64,000 nucleotides of DNA from Octopus vulgaris (lineage: Eukaryota): the NCBI GenBank assembly GCA_951406725.2, contig OX597824.1, forward strand, positions 36,642,001-36,706,000, written 5' to 3'. The notes beneath the pieces were generated by a model that worked only from the letters and a program-made list of their open reading frames with translations, ran no database searches and was not told the origin of the DNA. The translations under genes were made by a program, and so were the position numbers. Numbering within the stretch: position 1 is the first letter of the stretch; every line of letters begins with the position of its first letter. Of the stretch, positions 26,107 through 39,660 are shown one piece after another.

Positions 26107-26815
26107 CTCAAATATTTATATATATATATATATAGACATATAGTAGATTTTGTTTTTATGGTATGGTAAAAACAGTTTTACATGAAACTGAAGGATTACT
26201 CAGTACAAATTTATTATCCTTTTTTTTTTGTTGTATTGTGTACTTGTTTCTTTTTGTATCTGATATATGTTATGGATCTTCAATAAGAATGAAGCTGTAT
26301 ACCTTTATTTGCCACTTCTATATACGAACACCAAGAAGGAATCTTGCAAAATAGAGTTTATTTTAATGAGATACCTATTGAAATCACCTGAGGAGAAACA
26401 TCTACATCGAGAGTTACACCTAAATCCAATGTTCAAAATCCCACCCATGAGGGATCAATGCTAAATGGGTCACAACAATTGTAATGATCAATAAAGATTC
26501 TCATATCTCCCATATTTCATCTACCACATTAAGCAAATGTGTGTGTGTGTGTGTGTGTGTATGTGTGTGTGTAGGAAAAATAAAAATTTTATTGTCACTA
26601 ATTGCAATTGAGTATGTCAAAGCACCTATTTTGCAAGAAATATGAGTTAGAAACTTTTAATGCTGTAAGAAGCATGCAATATATACACACACTGACCAGG
26701 GAGATAACTGCCTCATGAGCATCTCTAGGAACACTAGGTGCTTTGGCACCCTCAGTCACAACTGGTGATGATAAAATTTTTCCATTATGATATTATATTG
26801 CGCCTAACTGTTTAT

Positions 26816-26842
<27 letters not shown>

Positions 26843-26848
<6 letters not shown>

Positions 26849-27243
26849 AAAGATGGAGGTGGAAATAGCACAGAAATAAATCTAATACATTTCATTATAG
26901 AAAGAATTTAATAAAATGATTTTAAAATTATATAAAGAAAATACAGAATATTACCAATTTCAATGATGAATTTCATCTTATCAAATATTAGTAGAAATTT
27001 ATAAAAATCTGAAGTAAAAGTAGTTTATCTTCTGTCTGGGGGTCAAAAGCATGAAGATAAGCTGTTTTTACTCTAAACTTTTATACATTTTTCTAATATT
27101 TGATAAGATGAGATTCATCACCGAAACCAGTAATATTCTATATTTTCTTCATACAATTTTTAAATCATTTTATTAAATTCTTTCCAAATTGAAATGTCTT
27201 AGATTTACTTCTGCGCTATTTCCACCTCCATCTTTTATATATA
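26843..27243. mobile_element. ~400-bp fold-back with a U3-A8 hammerhead-like motif in each arm
   Basis: 26843-27031 is an imperfect reverse complement of 27053-27243. Motifs at 27095-27137 (+) and ~26947-26990 (-). Confidence 0.7.
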
Positions 27244-27630
27244 AAAATTTGATTTGTATACATCTCTAATCTTTTTTCAACTATATATATATATTCCCTA
27301 CTTAATTTAGTATTTCTTTAGGTTTATTTTTTATCCTTTATAAATTTATAAATTTTTACATCCCCAACATTTCTTATATCTATACCTTTACATTTTTACC
27401 TTATATTATACATTTAATTTTCATATACATTTTTACTCTCCTCACACAATTTGCATTTAACTTACATTAGATTTCATACATTATTTACATTTGCATCAGG
27501 TCTCTTGGTTTCGTTTTTTGGTTAGAAGTTTAGGATTTTTTATACGCTACCATTTTCTTCACGTTTTTTCATGTATGCTCATGTCCCACACCAGATTTAA
27601 AGTTCTTAGTTCATTAGAAAGAGTGATATA

Positions 27631-27750
27631 TGCCTGAAGAACATGTTTGAATTTCCAGACACATGAAATTGTTAGTGGCGCCCAAAGATATGTATTGTAA
27701 TCTTTAAACAGAAATATTTGACTCTCACTGAATGGAGTGCTCCCTTTGTT
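27631..27750 (+). mobile_element. Hammerhead-like pLTR fragment
   Basis: gcCTGAAGA acatgtttg aatttc cagacacat GAAA ttgtt: decayed core with a stem-II hairpin. Confidence 0.4.
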
Positions 27751-27799
27751 GAATTATACCATGAACCAATACATTATATATATAATAATAATGATGATG

Positions 27800-27867
<68 letters not shown>

Positions 27868-28402
27868 CCTTGGATGGAATTTATAAACATTTAGTGCATT
27901 GCTATGTGCATTTCCACAAATCACATGACTCCTCAGAGTCACAATCCATATTCTTGAAATGGTTACAGTGTAGTCTGTAGTATCTGTGAGCATTGGGTAG
28001 ATCATCTTCATGGATTTATTTTTTCAGGTGATATAACATTAGCTGATGTACAACAGAGGGATGTTTATCCCTTTTTACCTGTATGAAGGCCAAGCAAGTT
28101 CTATTTGCATATTCGGAATGTTTCCCACAAACAAATTTAAAAGATATATATATATATATATGTAAATTAGGAAAAAAAAAAACACTTTTAATCAATTCAA
28201 TATGAACAATTAAATTACACTATCAAGAAAATTACATATAATAGAAATATTAAATATTAAATATTTTTTTCTAATTTTTATATATATATATATATTATAT
28301 TTTGTGAAATTTGATTTAGTATTTCTAAATTGAATTTTTCCCTGTAAGTTAGGAATAATATTCCCTCAAATTATTATTATTACATATATATATATATATA
28401 TC

Positions 28403-28521
28403 AATGAGAATAATATTACCAGTGACTTCGAAGCTTTGGCTGGTTAAACCATCATCAAACTGTCTGAAGATGGCTTAGCTGGTTGAAAACTTCAAAGTTA
28501 CTGTCAATACTATTCTTGTTA
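28403..28521. mobile_element. Head-to-head inverted pair of hammerhead-like motifs
   Basis: Plus strand CTGAAGATGGCttagctgGTTGAAAactt; minus strand TTGATGATGGTttaaccaGCCAAAgctt. Flanking arms are inverted. TA repeats nearby. Confidence 0.55.
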
Positions 28522-28613
28522 AAGAATAACAAATTTAAATTGGACCAAATGTATTGAGAAGTCCTTCAGTTTAATGTAAAGCTGTTTTTATCATAACGTG
28601 AAAACAAACATTA

Positions 28614-28671
<58 letters not shown>

Positions 28672-29006
28672 TAATACATATGTCCCTGTGCATGAAATAC
28701 TATTTTTAAAAAAATATATCAATGGGAAAAAATGTGAGCCATAGAAAATCTGTTATATTCACATGAATGCATATATATGGATTTCTGTGTACATACATAG
28801 GTTTATGGATGAAATCACAGAAGTGCAAAACTATAGGTGTGTGTGTATCTATATATCTATCTGTCTATTTATGTCTACACACACAAACATGCACTCACAC
28901 AGATGCACACAGAAATATACCCACACAGGTATATTTGTACACATAAATATGGAAAATCAATGTTCATAGCAAAATGCATTTGTGTGTAAACGAGATATGT
29001 ATGCAT

Positions 29007-29056
<50 letters not shown>

Positions 29057-29061
29057 CATAC

Positions 29062-29114
<53 letters not shown>

Positions 29115-30589
29115 CACATATGCACACAACTGAACACATACAAGCACATATACATGCACACACACATAGACACACATACACCCACTTGCAATATACATAC
29201 AATATACATGAATATGTAATTATTATAATTATGTAAACTGCATGCCTAATGTATGGACACAGGCTTTTGTAATATTTGTTGTTGTTGTTGTTAAAAGCTT
29301 TTATTCAGTAGAAAGCTGAAAGCTTTTAAAATACAGATTTTTTTCAAAATTTTTAATTAATTAAAGGTGTTAATATATAATCGAAAATGAAAATATATTA
29401 AAGTATAACAGTTTAGCAGCAAACTATATTAAAATTATAAGAATATAGCAATCAAAAACTTACGTTAAAACAATTGTGTAACAAACATAGCAAAGTACAA
29501 TAATATATAAAAGAAAAAACTAGATACAAAAAATTTTTCAATAATAAAATACCTTTACCAAACTATATAAACTCTACATACAAACTACAATAATCAATAA
29601 AACATTAATAATGTAAGGGACATTACTTTAAAATTATTACAGTGTAATAACAATAACACAATCAACAATAAAACTGCAGCAATGTTCAACATATAATATC
29701 TATATTAAATATATGGGAATATTACAACAATATCAGAACTATCAACATAACTACAACTCTGTAATGACTAAATCATATTAAAATTTCGATATAAGATCAA
29801 TGACTAATTTCATGAAAATTCTGTATAAAAGTACATTAAAAACATAATAATCAGACATGGTGTTGCTCTTTGAAAATCAATAAATATGGAGAGTAAGGGG
29901 ATCAGAAAGGGGTACGGGTGGGAAGATCAGTGTTTAATATAATCTCAACATACATTAATCATTATCAGTTTTGTCACTGCTGGCACCATGGCCACCACTA
30001 CCATTATTGTAACAAAGGTGGTCATAATGATGATTGTCGTAATAGTGATATGATGACTGTCATTCTCATCCGAAGCATACTTCCCCACGACCACCATAAG
30101 GACTGTTACTGCCACCACTCCTCACCCACCCCACTTGAACTCTCTCACCCTCATCAAGGCAATCGTCCATCCATCATTAACACAACCCCAACTGCCACCA
30201 ATAAAACTATTAATATGATCTTTATTAATGCACTCCCTACTCACACACAAACACACACACACATACAATTAACATAATTACCCCTCATATTTCCATCATT
30301 AATACGATTCATGGTCTGACGACTCGAGATAATAACCATCCATAACAATCCTTTATCTTTTCTTTCAAAATACTTTTTTGCCAATAATGAATATTGAAAT
30401 TTAATATTTTTTAATTCCAAAAAATTTTTTGAAATATTTAAAAATATATTTCTATGTCGTAGTATGGGTCACACTGTACACATTTGCATCAGTTAACAGA
30501 TTTTTAAGGCAGCATCATTGTTGAATATAATAACCACTTGCTCAAGAAATGAGTGCTGTTACCTCTTTCGATTTTGGTTATCTGAAGTA

Positions 30590-30800
30590 AACTGTGTTTG
30601 TACCCCAACCCCTTGCTTGATATCTGATCTTGGTTTGTGTATGTCTAGGTATTTTAGCAGTTCAGCAAGTAAGATTTGTAGAATAAGCACCAGTATTTAA
30701 AAAGTACTGAGGTCAATTCATTTGACAAAAAAAACCCTTTTAAGGTGGTGCCCAAGCATGGCTGTAGTTCAATGACTGAAACAAGTAAAAGATAAAGGAT
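30590..30800 (+). mobile_element. SINE family A, 3' half
   Basis: gtgtttgtacccc ... agcatggctgtagttcaatgactgaaacaagtaaaagata. Confidence 0.7.
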
Positions 30801-32092
30801 AAACTGAATAACATGCCTTTAATAGAATTTGAATGCATCACCATATGCATCATCTTTCTGTGACAATAAATAAATGTTCAGGGAAGAAACTTCACTCTCT
30901 TAATGCTGAGGAACTCAGCTAGAATCATCCAAGGCTGGGACCACATACTGTATGCTCCCTACACAATTCAGGCTCACAACACATAAATTCACAGCATTTC
31001 AATTTCTTTTCCTCAACAAGCCCTGCTCTATTTAACATTATCCCAAAACAAATAAAAAAAAAAAGATCAAATCACCTTCAAATGAGACTTGGACAAATTT
31101 CTTCAAGGGATACCAAATAAGCCCCCTATACCTGGATGCAGCTCAGTAAACAAAAACTCCCTACTTAAATGGGCCACAGAACTTGACTTTAAAAAATTAG
31201 TGTCTGTGTGTTTGTCTGTTTATGAGATAGTGCTACTAACTTAAACATGGCCTGGGCCAATCTTTGGTTGAAATATATCTAAGTTATCAAAGTTAACATG
31301 TTGAATGGACCAAATAATTCACACATTTTGCCTGCACTGCTTAGGAAACATTGTTTTCTAAAGTAGTAGCCATTCCAACCCAAACAAACCCAATGTGCGG
31401 TGTGGAGGCTATGTTGGCTACAACTAAGCAGAAAATGTAATGAAATAAATAACAGTGGATTAATAAACAAAAAAAGTTAATAAAGAGATCCTCTAATTGT
31501 TAAGTTAATTAAAGTCAATAAAAATAAAGGCAAAAACCATTGTTGAAATAAGCCTTGATGCTTGTAGAGTAATTAAAAAGTGCCAGCGAGAGTGGTAAAA
31601 TTCAGAGCAATCATTCTCCTGATTGAGTGGAAGAGATGCTGCTTCCCTCAATTACAAACATTGATTAAACAACAGTTTCAGTACTGTTGTCTTACCCTGA
31701 CCCCCACCCTCATCTGCCAACATACCAACCTGTCTGCCTGTCTGCCTGCCTGCCTGCCTGCCTGGCCATAAACAAACTTATTGGCATTATTCCTGGAGAA
31801 ACAGTGGAAGTAGGCTAAAGTTAGAGTCAGAGCAAAGTGTCTCAGAAGACTTCACAAACATTGATCTTTGCTGCAAGCTACACTGAGATTTCAAATAAAT
31901 CTATCGTCTACTTTTGGCACATGGGTTTTATCTTCAAAGGTAACAATGCAACTTAAGACAAAACTTTTATCAGAATTGGCAGCTTAGGAGAAGTGTTTCA
32001 TAGTGTCTTAGATATAACTTTTACATGAGCACACACATGCACACAACCTGCTACTCCTCCTCCTTCCATTTCCCCTTTTCTCTCTCTCTCAA

Positions 32093-32134
<42 letters not shown>

Positions 32135-32640
32135 CTTGCTAACTCCCCCACCTCTCTCTCTTATTCATTTGCTCACTCCTTGTAACTATTCTGCCCCTTT
32201 CCTTCCCATATAGTTCCCTCATCCTCTCTCACTTTCTCTGTTTAGACGTGTCTCTATTCATCGATTCATCCTCTATTTTTCACTCTATATTGTTGTTCAT
32301 TACGAGGAATGCCAATAGTTTAGGGCTTGAATAATTGAATTTATTATTTGCCAACTATTTTAGTAAAATAGCCAACAACCACAGCAAGGGACAGATTTCT
32401 TTCTCTTTATTGTTTCTCAACCATAACAATCATATAGTGTAGACTATACACACACACACAGCAAACCACAAACTCAGTAATTTCAAATGCTAACTAGAAG
32501 CATATTATTCTATCTGCTTCACTCAACATAAGTAAACTTTAATACCAGTGAACACTTCAACTCTAGTAACAAACTCAATCTATGATTTACTAGAACTAAT
32601 TTATAATTAGTTAAAGACTTATAATTGTCACAGCTGATAT

Positions 32641-33385
32641 TAACCCTTTAGCATTCAGATTAATCTGTCAGATATAATGCTTATTTATTTACCTAGTTTT
32701 GAATTTAATGCACTATCTCATTGTTGTGACCCCCTTCAGTCATGAATGACCATGAGATTGCACCTAGAAAGTTACCCTCTGAGGCACAAGTCTGGGCAAG
32801 GTTGTTTATGGAAGGCCAGTAGTTGCCCATGCATACTGGCCTCCCCTGTCCATGCCACTGATGTTATCCAAGGGAAAGGCAAAGGCCAATACAACTTGGC
32901 ACTAGTGACGTCGCAGCTCATTTATTAACGTGCAAGTGGCTGAGCACTCCACAGACACGTGTACCCTTAACGTAGTTCTCGGGGAGATTCAGCGTGAAAC
33001 AGAGTGTGACAAGGCTGGCCCTTTGAAATACAGGTACATCAGAAACAGGAAGAAAGAGTGAGAGAAAGTTGTGGTGAAAGAATACAGCAGGGGTCGCCAC
33101 CACCCTCTGCCGGAGCATCGTGGAGTTTTAGGTGTTTCCGCTCAATAAACAGTCAAAATGCCCGGTCTGGGAACCAAAACCGCGATCCTATGACCATGAG
33201 TCCACTGACCCAACCACTGGGCCATTTCGCCTTTATTATCTCATATGAGATTATAATTATGTGGCTGTATATATTTTAGACTAACAATGCAGGGTAAGTA
33301 TGAGAGGCAGGATCTGGCCAGTTTGAACATAAATCAAGTAGTGATTTTTGGCTGGATATAGCCTGTTTAAATGCTAAAGAATTAA
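32641..33385. mobile_element. piggyBac-type MITE interrupted by a SINE
   Basis: ttaaccctttagcattcag ... aatgctaaagaattaa, with a SINE inserted at ~32726-33230. Confidence 0.65.
32726..33230 (-). mobile_element. tRNA-derived SINE family B (long form)
   Basis: tRNA-like head at ~33160-33228. The tail is homologous to 56985-57175 and the middle to 40550-40650. Confidence 0.7.
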
Positions 33386-33424
33386 TCAACATGTGGCTGA
33401 CATTAACATGAAGAGGGTTGGAAT

Positions 33425-33640
33425 TAAGGTAGCAAGGTAGTAGAATCATCAGCATGTCAGGCAAAATGCTTAATGGCATTTCATGTCTTTACATTCTGAG
33501 TTCAAATTCAACTAAGGTCAACTTAGCCTTTCGTCCTATTGGGTCAATAAAATAAGTACCAATTGGACACGGGGGTTGATCTAATTGACTTGCCACTTCC
33601 ACCAAAATTGCTGGCTTTGTGCCAAAATTTGAAACCAATA
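33425..33640 (+). mobile_element. Meta-domain SINE, monomer
   Basis: aaggtagcaaggtagtagaatc ... gcctttcgtcc..gggtcaataaaataagtacc ... gtgccaaaatttgaaacc. Confidence 0.7.
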
Positions 33641-34047
33641 TAAAATGGGATGTTAAGTTATAAGTTCAATTTCTCCTTGGCTAAATGCGTTTTTTGTAAA
33701 TTATATTAATTTAGTTCTTTATAGATCTTTTAAGCAAATCTTTTTCTCTTTCTCAATAAGTTTGTTAATACAGACTCAAAACAAACTGAGTCCATCATTG
33801 TTAGGTGCACAAGTTGGGCTAGTATCTCATAATATGGCATATATGCTGTATCCTTAGTACTGTATCTCAAGTACTGTATTATATCCTTAGATAGACACGC
33901 TACTTCATTTACCCCTAGTTAGATGAAAATTATATTTAAAAAAGATCGACTAAGATTTTGAATGCAACACTACAAAAGATGTATCCCCTATCATCTTCAC
34001 AATTTTAAAGATTGAAACATTTGCAAAATATAGTAACTAGAGAAATA

Positions 34048-34585
34048 TTGGGTTGTCCGGAAAGTTCGTGCCGATTTTTGAAGGAAAGAAAAAGGTCAAT
34101 AAATACTTGCCATTATATTTTAATCAACCAAATAATGAACCATTTTGTTGCACGATGTGTCTCCAGCTTTCCTTTAACTTGAAAATACCCTCTACCCAGA
34201 ATTAAGATGGCTTCATGACAAAGAATTCATCAAGGTATTTTTACCATTAAGACTATTCTGCAGAGACCTGAATAAGTGGAAATCCGAAGGAGCAATATCT
34301 GGTGAATATGGAGGGTGAGGTAACACATCCCAGCCGAGCTGCAGCAATTTTTGTCTAGTTTCCAAAGCATCAAGTGCCAAAAATGAACTTTCTTACCTTC
34401 CATTTTAAAGGGTTACAGAATTAACACAGGTTATAGGAACATAAACCTTCTTCAGCAAAAAGATAGCTTAAACTGTGCTCTAAATGGAGGTGTAGTTAAA
34501 TCCTATTTTATGGACTCAACCATGTTCTAAAATAAGTCGAAAGGTAAGCTACTATAAATCAGCATGAACTTTCCGGGCAACCCAA
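34048..34585 (-). mobile_element. Mariner (D,D34D-type) internal-deletion derivative
   Basis: TA-ttgggttgtccggaaagttcgtgccgattt ... aaatcagcatgaactttccgggcaacccaa-TA. The minus strand encodes LGWDVLPHPPYSPDIAPSDFHLFRSLQN. Confidence 0.9.
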
Positions 34586-34619
34586 TAATACTTTTGATAC
34601 TACTCTATGTGTGATAATT

Positions 34620-35215
34620 GTTGTTACCTTTTGCTTGTTTCAATAATTATAAATTTCAGCTAAGCTGGAGCACCACTTTGAGGAATTTTAGTCAAATGAA
34701 TTGACCTCCAGTGCAACAGTACAGGAGTAGAGGCCGAAACCGGACATGGTTCCTCCTGATGATGTCTTGAGCTAACTGGATCCTATAAAGGAGCTGTTGT
34801 GGTAGCAGGCCACGAAACACGGTTGTAATTCCTCCTGCTACTTATTCTATTAGTCTCTTTTGCCATGTTACTGAGGCATAAATACATCAACACTAGTTGT
34901 CAAGCAGTGATGGGGGACAAACACAGACACAAAGACACACACACACATGTATATTAGACAGAATGGGATAAAAAAGCCAAAGCTATGAGGAGTTTTCAGG
35001 ACATTTATAATGAAATAGTCTTACAGCTGTTTCAGGGATATTATGGATGGGTCTTCTAGATACCAATATCTCTCATTCATATATATATATATATATATAT
35101 ATGACAGGCTTCGGCCCACCCAAGGCTATAGTAAAAGACATTGGCCAAAATTCCACACAGTGGGACTGATCCTGGAACCATGTGGCTGGGAAGTAAACTT
35201 CTTACTGCACAGCCA
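34620..35215 (-). mobile_element. SINE family A carrying two insertions (34712-34838 and 34952-35079)
   Basis: Collinear SINE A segments separated by foreign blocks. Confidence 0.6.
34952..35079 (-). mobile_element. Hammerhead-like pLTR fragment in TA repeat
   Basis: Minus strand tGAATGA GAGATATT ... AATATCCCT GAAAC AGCT GTA agac, with palindromic stem III ACAGCUGU. Confidence 0.55.
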
Positions 35216-36337
35216 AATCAGCAACTATTGTGGTATTTTAAATCCTTACCTAGAAGGTTTTACCTAGAAACTTTTTTCAATTAAGGAATGAATTAAAATT
35301 CATTTAATCAAAACTAAAGCAATGTTTCTTCAGTCATGTGTAAGTGAAAGATTTTTTTACTTGATTAGAGTAATTATGCTTTCATATGTTAATTAATGCA
35401 ATGAACATAGGGGTTCGTTTCATAAAATTTTATGAAGCTATCACATCATGTGATGTTGTATCTGGAGAAGTAACAGAATTTTTAAGTAAAGTCTATACTA
35501 GGAAGTGGGGGTGGGTAGCTTTCTATTGTTCGCAGCCATGGAACCAACAAAAGTTTCTAGATTTGGTATTAATTCCCAATAATTTGGTGAATTAAAACAT
35601 GCTGTGTTCAGAAACATTTTTTTGCCTTTACCTGCAACGGATTTGAACACACAACATGTAAACTGAAATTAGCATATCTAGCTGGTCCTCACAGCTTTAC
35701 TCATAAGAATTAGTTATGTCTGTTATATTCCAGAGATAATATTGCAAAGTTATAATAACATAGTGGAAATATTAAATAATTAAAGAATAATTGTAGACTG
35801 TTACAACTCTGACATGCAGACAACAGGTTAGAGGACAATATGTATCAAAGGATGATGACTAATAGGATTGATTTTACACACAAAAGAGATGAAGAATAGG
35901 AACTTGATGGGGTCTTTTAATATTAATACTGAGCTTGAAAAACAGAAACAAGCTTAAAAGGTATTCCAGTAAAAGTTCTTTCACTATATTTGATGTTTTA
36001 ATTTTATATTGTGCAACAAAAAATTCTTATTATAAAGGAGGTTAGAAATATAACCGGAGCACTTCTAAGAAGATATTTACATACCATTAACAGAATTCTG
36101 AATGATACTGACATTCAGTGAATAAGCATTTGCATAGCAATATTGTCCCATTCCTGATTTCATATATTGAATATAGGATGGATTGCAAAATGTAATTCAT
36201 AAACGTTTGCTAAGAAACAAATAATTGCATATAATCAGGGTGGACACAATTAATAAAGATTTTATCATGAGACAGAGATAAAAAAAAAAAAGAAAACACC
36301 AATTAATTGAGATTTTCCAATGATAATTAAAATAACT

Positions 36338-36505
36338 GTGGCACATGGAAATACGATAATCTTTGAAATCTGGTACTGAGCCTGGGCAAACATCCCCTCT
36401 ATCTTGGAACCATCTCGATTGTTCAGATGCGATGGGAAGAGACCTGATGGCCTCACCCTGTGCCCCTGGTCACAAGGCATATGCCTTGTCTGGGATGCTA
36501 CAGTT
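36338..36505 (+). mobile_element. Restriction-like endonuclease fragment of a CRE-like non-LTR retrotransposon
   Basis: From 36389: [39 protein letters not shown], the RPDG...W...WD RLE signature. Confidence 0.8.
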
Positions 36506-36742
36506 AGGAGATGATGCGCAGTGATTCAGCCACTTCTGCTGACCCATCAATGAGGTGTTATGGTCCAGGATTGAAATACCTGTTGATCAAAGCTACATTT
36601 ACCAGCGGTAAATCAAGGTGGAGTATCTTCTTTTAAATGTTAATCAATCGCTTATTGATATATACATATACATGTGTGTATGAATAAATGTATGCATATA
36701 TGTATATGTGTATGTATACATATGCATGTATGTATGTATGCA

Positions 36743-36778
<36 letters not shown>

Positions 36779-36782
36779 CATG

Positions 36783-36932
36783 TAATTTATTTTATAGAAG
36801 GAGCTTCTACAGAACTAGAACTGTTTCATTCATTTATTTTATAGAAGCTCCTTCTATAAAATAAATTACTTTACTCTGCTATGTATTGAGTACCTTATTT
36901 ACTGTGGTTAACCCCGACTCAACCCGGGACCT
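36783..36932. mobile_element. Short inverted pLTR-like fragment in TA repeat
   Basis: aatttattttatagaaggagcttcta is inverted as tagaagctccttctataaaataaatt. Minus-strand GAAACAG remnant. Confidence 0.5.
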
Positions 36933-37020
36933 ACATATATATATACATGTATATATATATATATGTATGTATATATATCATCATCTAAACGATGATGATG
37001 ATGATGATATATATACATAC

Positions 37021-37070
<50 letters not shown>

Positions 37071-37286
37071 GCACCATACATATACATGCTTATATATATA
37101 TAAACACAGTAACATACACACTTACACACTCACATGTGTGCCTGTATGTGTATACATATGTTTTATTGGCAAAAATTCACAGAGATAAAATAGGTATAAA
37201 TAATAACATAAAATCCATCAGTTGTTTTATACTCAACAGGAGAAGCTAGTTGTAATGGTAAGCGAAAGAAACATATTGCTATTTAC

Positions 37287-37500
37287 CTCCCAAAGATCAT
37301 TCAACACTTCAAAGGCTTCATTTATTTGGTTGACGGCTTCTTCTTTATCATTAGTCTCTAATTGGTCGTTAGCCTTTTCTTCTTGCAAGAAGCTGAACAT
37401 CTGATCTAAATCCAGGCTGTTTGGTGACACCGGTGGATTGTGCTGAGTCCACATGGACTCAATAAGATGAGCCAGGGATTGCAATTCGGCTCGAGATTGC
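37287..37500 (-). CDS. Next coding exon of the same myosin (post-SAH proximal tail)
   Basis: Minus strand reads tttttcttacatttag|G CAA TCT CGA ... TGG GAG|gtaaat. 214 nt. The first G completes the CG left by exon 52355-52512 (Arg). Translation (R)QSRAELQSLAHLIESMWTQHNPPVSPNSLDLDQMFSFLQEEKANDQLETNDKEEAVNQINEAFEVLNDLWE. 'DLDQMFSFL' recalls myosin VIIa 'MVDKMFGFL' and a similar class XXII motif (from memory). Confidence 0.85.
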
Positions 37501-38759
37501 CTAAATGTAAGAAAAACACATAGAAATTGCCAATCAAAAATAATACAAAATAAAATAAACATTACAAAGAATATAATATTATATTGCATGATAAAAAAAA
37601 AGCATATCACAACATCCACAACAATTACTAAAATACTAAATATTCTACATAATTTCTTAAGGCAGTAGGGGGACCTGTATTGGGTCTCTCAAACTGCTAG
37701 AAGCAGTATTCTTCACCACTATGAGGTCCCAGGTTCAATTCCACTACGTGGTATGTGGGGCCAAGCCTTGGCTATACTCAACCCTTTGACTAACATCAGA
37801 TGTATGGAAACTGTAGGGAAGCCTATCAGATGGATTGTATGAGTAATTGTAAGTTTCATGTTGCATCTGTCTGGGGTTAAATTAGGGCTACAGTTGTAGC
37901 CACATAGACATTAATTTAACAATTTGGGAGTTTAGTTGATGGAACAATGGAATACACATTGTCGATACCAAAAGATCATTATCGATGATGCCATCACCAC
38001 CACCTTGAATTATAGGATCAATGATTCATATTCCTTTACCAACTGACACCAAGACTTTATCCATACCTATTTATCAGACAGCTATGATACCAACATACCA
38101 TTTTACTTGAGTACACACACACAGACATGCATATACACACACAAACAACAAGCACAATTTCTATCTTTCAAATTTCCTTCACAGACTATTAGTCAACTAA
38201 AAACTTCAGTAAAAGACATCTTACTAAAGTGTTGTGCAGTGGAATCAAACCCAAAACCTAATCGCACAGCAATTTTACAAACCAAGATTTGTAAAATAAT
38301 TATCCTGACAGTACCAGTGATGTAATTAGATAAGATCTAGTCAATACTGTAATACTATGAACTGTTGAGGTGCAATAAGGCCAAAACATGTCTGGAGTTG
38401 TCATCATAATTACCACAAATCAAACTCACACACTCTATGATTTCATTCTAGTTTTAATTTTGATTTATTAGTTGTCTCCCTTACTTTTCTAAACTAAAAA
38501 TAATCATTAATGCTAATGATTATTTTCTAATGAATTAAGCATTTTCCTTCACATTAATTATATAAGGCCATATTTAACTATAAGTTCTTTAAACAGCAGG
38601 TATCCCTGGATGTCCCTACCTACTTCACAGTCAATCTTCAAAAAAATGCTGGTGACCCTAGACTTATTCAAAATTGGCCTGCATGACCTGAGCCTTGAAT
38701 TTCCTGTTTAACAAGAAATCTGAAATATTATCCTGTTTTTTCTATTGCTATTATATTGA

Positions 38760-39660
38760 TCTCTGCTCCTTAGAAATGGTTGGACTCAAGCTGTTCTTGA
38801 GAACCTCATCTCCAAAATGGGCCAAACTGAAAAATTCCATGGGTTGAGATCAGGGCTTCTTGAGGGTCATACACTCTTGCCTATGAATGATGGAATGCTT
38901 TTCTGAATCCAGTGTTGAGTCTGTTTGGAGCTATGGGATGGTGTCGATTCCTGTTGGAGGCTCCAAGGTGGGCCTTGAAAGAGCTCATTCACCCATGGAA
39001 GCAGTTCAGCTTCCAGAATGTTGCTAATGTATCGATAGGTTTTAATTTTAGCACTTGCGGGCACAAAAACAAGGGGAGACCTTCTAGTGGCTCTCACAGC
39101 CCCAGACCATAACTGATTGTGGATTCTGATGCTGATTTATAAGTCTACTCTTGACGAGCCAGATACATACCAAAATTGGTCATTCTGGTGATTTACTGTC
39201 TGCTCCATGTCAAATTTCTTTTCATCAGTGAACGTCAGGTTGGGCAGTGTGCCTTCAGCAATCTGACGCAGGATAAGATGACTTCTCTCCAGTCTCATGG
39301 CCTTCTAAACTTGCATTAGCTCATAACAGCAGATCATCTTGTAGGAGTAGATCCTGAGATCCTCCTTCAGCACTTGATACATCAATGTTTGGCTTATTTT
39401 CACTGTGGCAGCCAGTTTTCTGATGAAACAGTGAGAATTTTACCATATCTTTTCCCTGATACTTTTGATAAGCTGAGAGGTCCACACACACCTCTTTCAG
39501 CCATGACCAGGTCGATCAGCAGTGGAACCAGTCTCTTGAAATTTCTTGACAATTTTTCAGATTGTTGTTGGTTAATTTTAAACTTTTTTGCTCTTTCTAT
39601 ATTACTTTTGCCTCTTTTATGGAGGGTTATGGTTATATTTTGGCCATTAGCCATTATCTA
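38760..39660 (-). pseudogene. Decayed Tc1/mariner transposase of the DD37D (maT) group
   Basis: LTFTDEKKFDMEQTVNHQND; SPLVFVPASAKI..Y..NILE; QQ(E)STPSH followed 37 residues later by SPDLNPW(N)FSVWPILE. Stops and frameshifts present. Confidence 0.85.

Noticed and set aside
37233-37619. 128-aa ORF as a stand-alone gene
   Set aside because: Only 37287-37500 is exon. The hydrophobic N-terminal part is the intronic pyrimidine tract.
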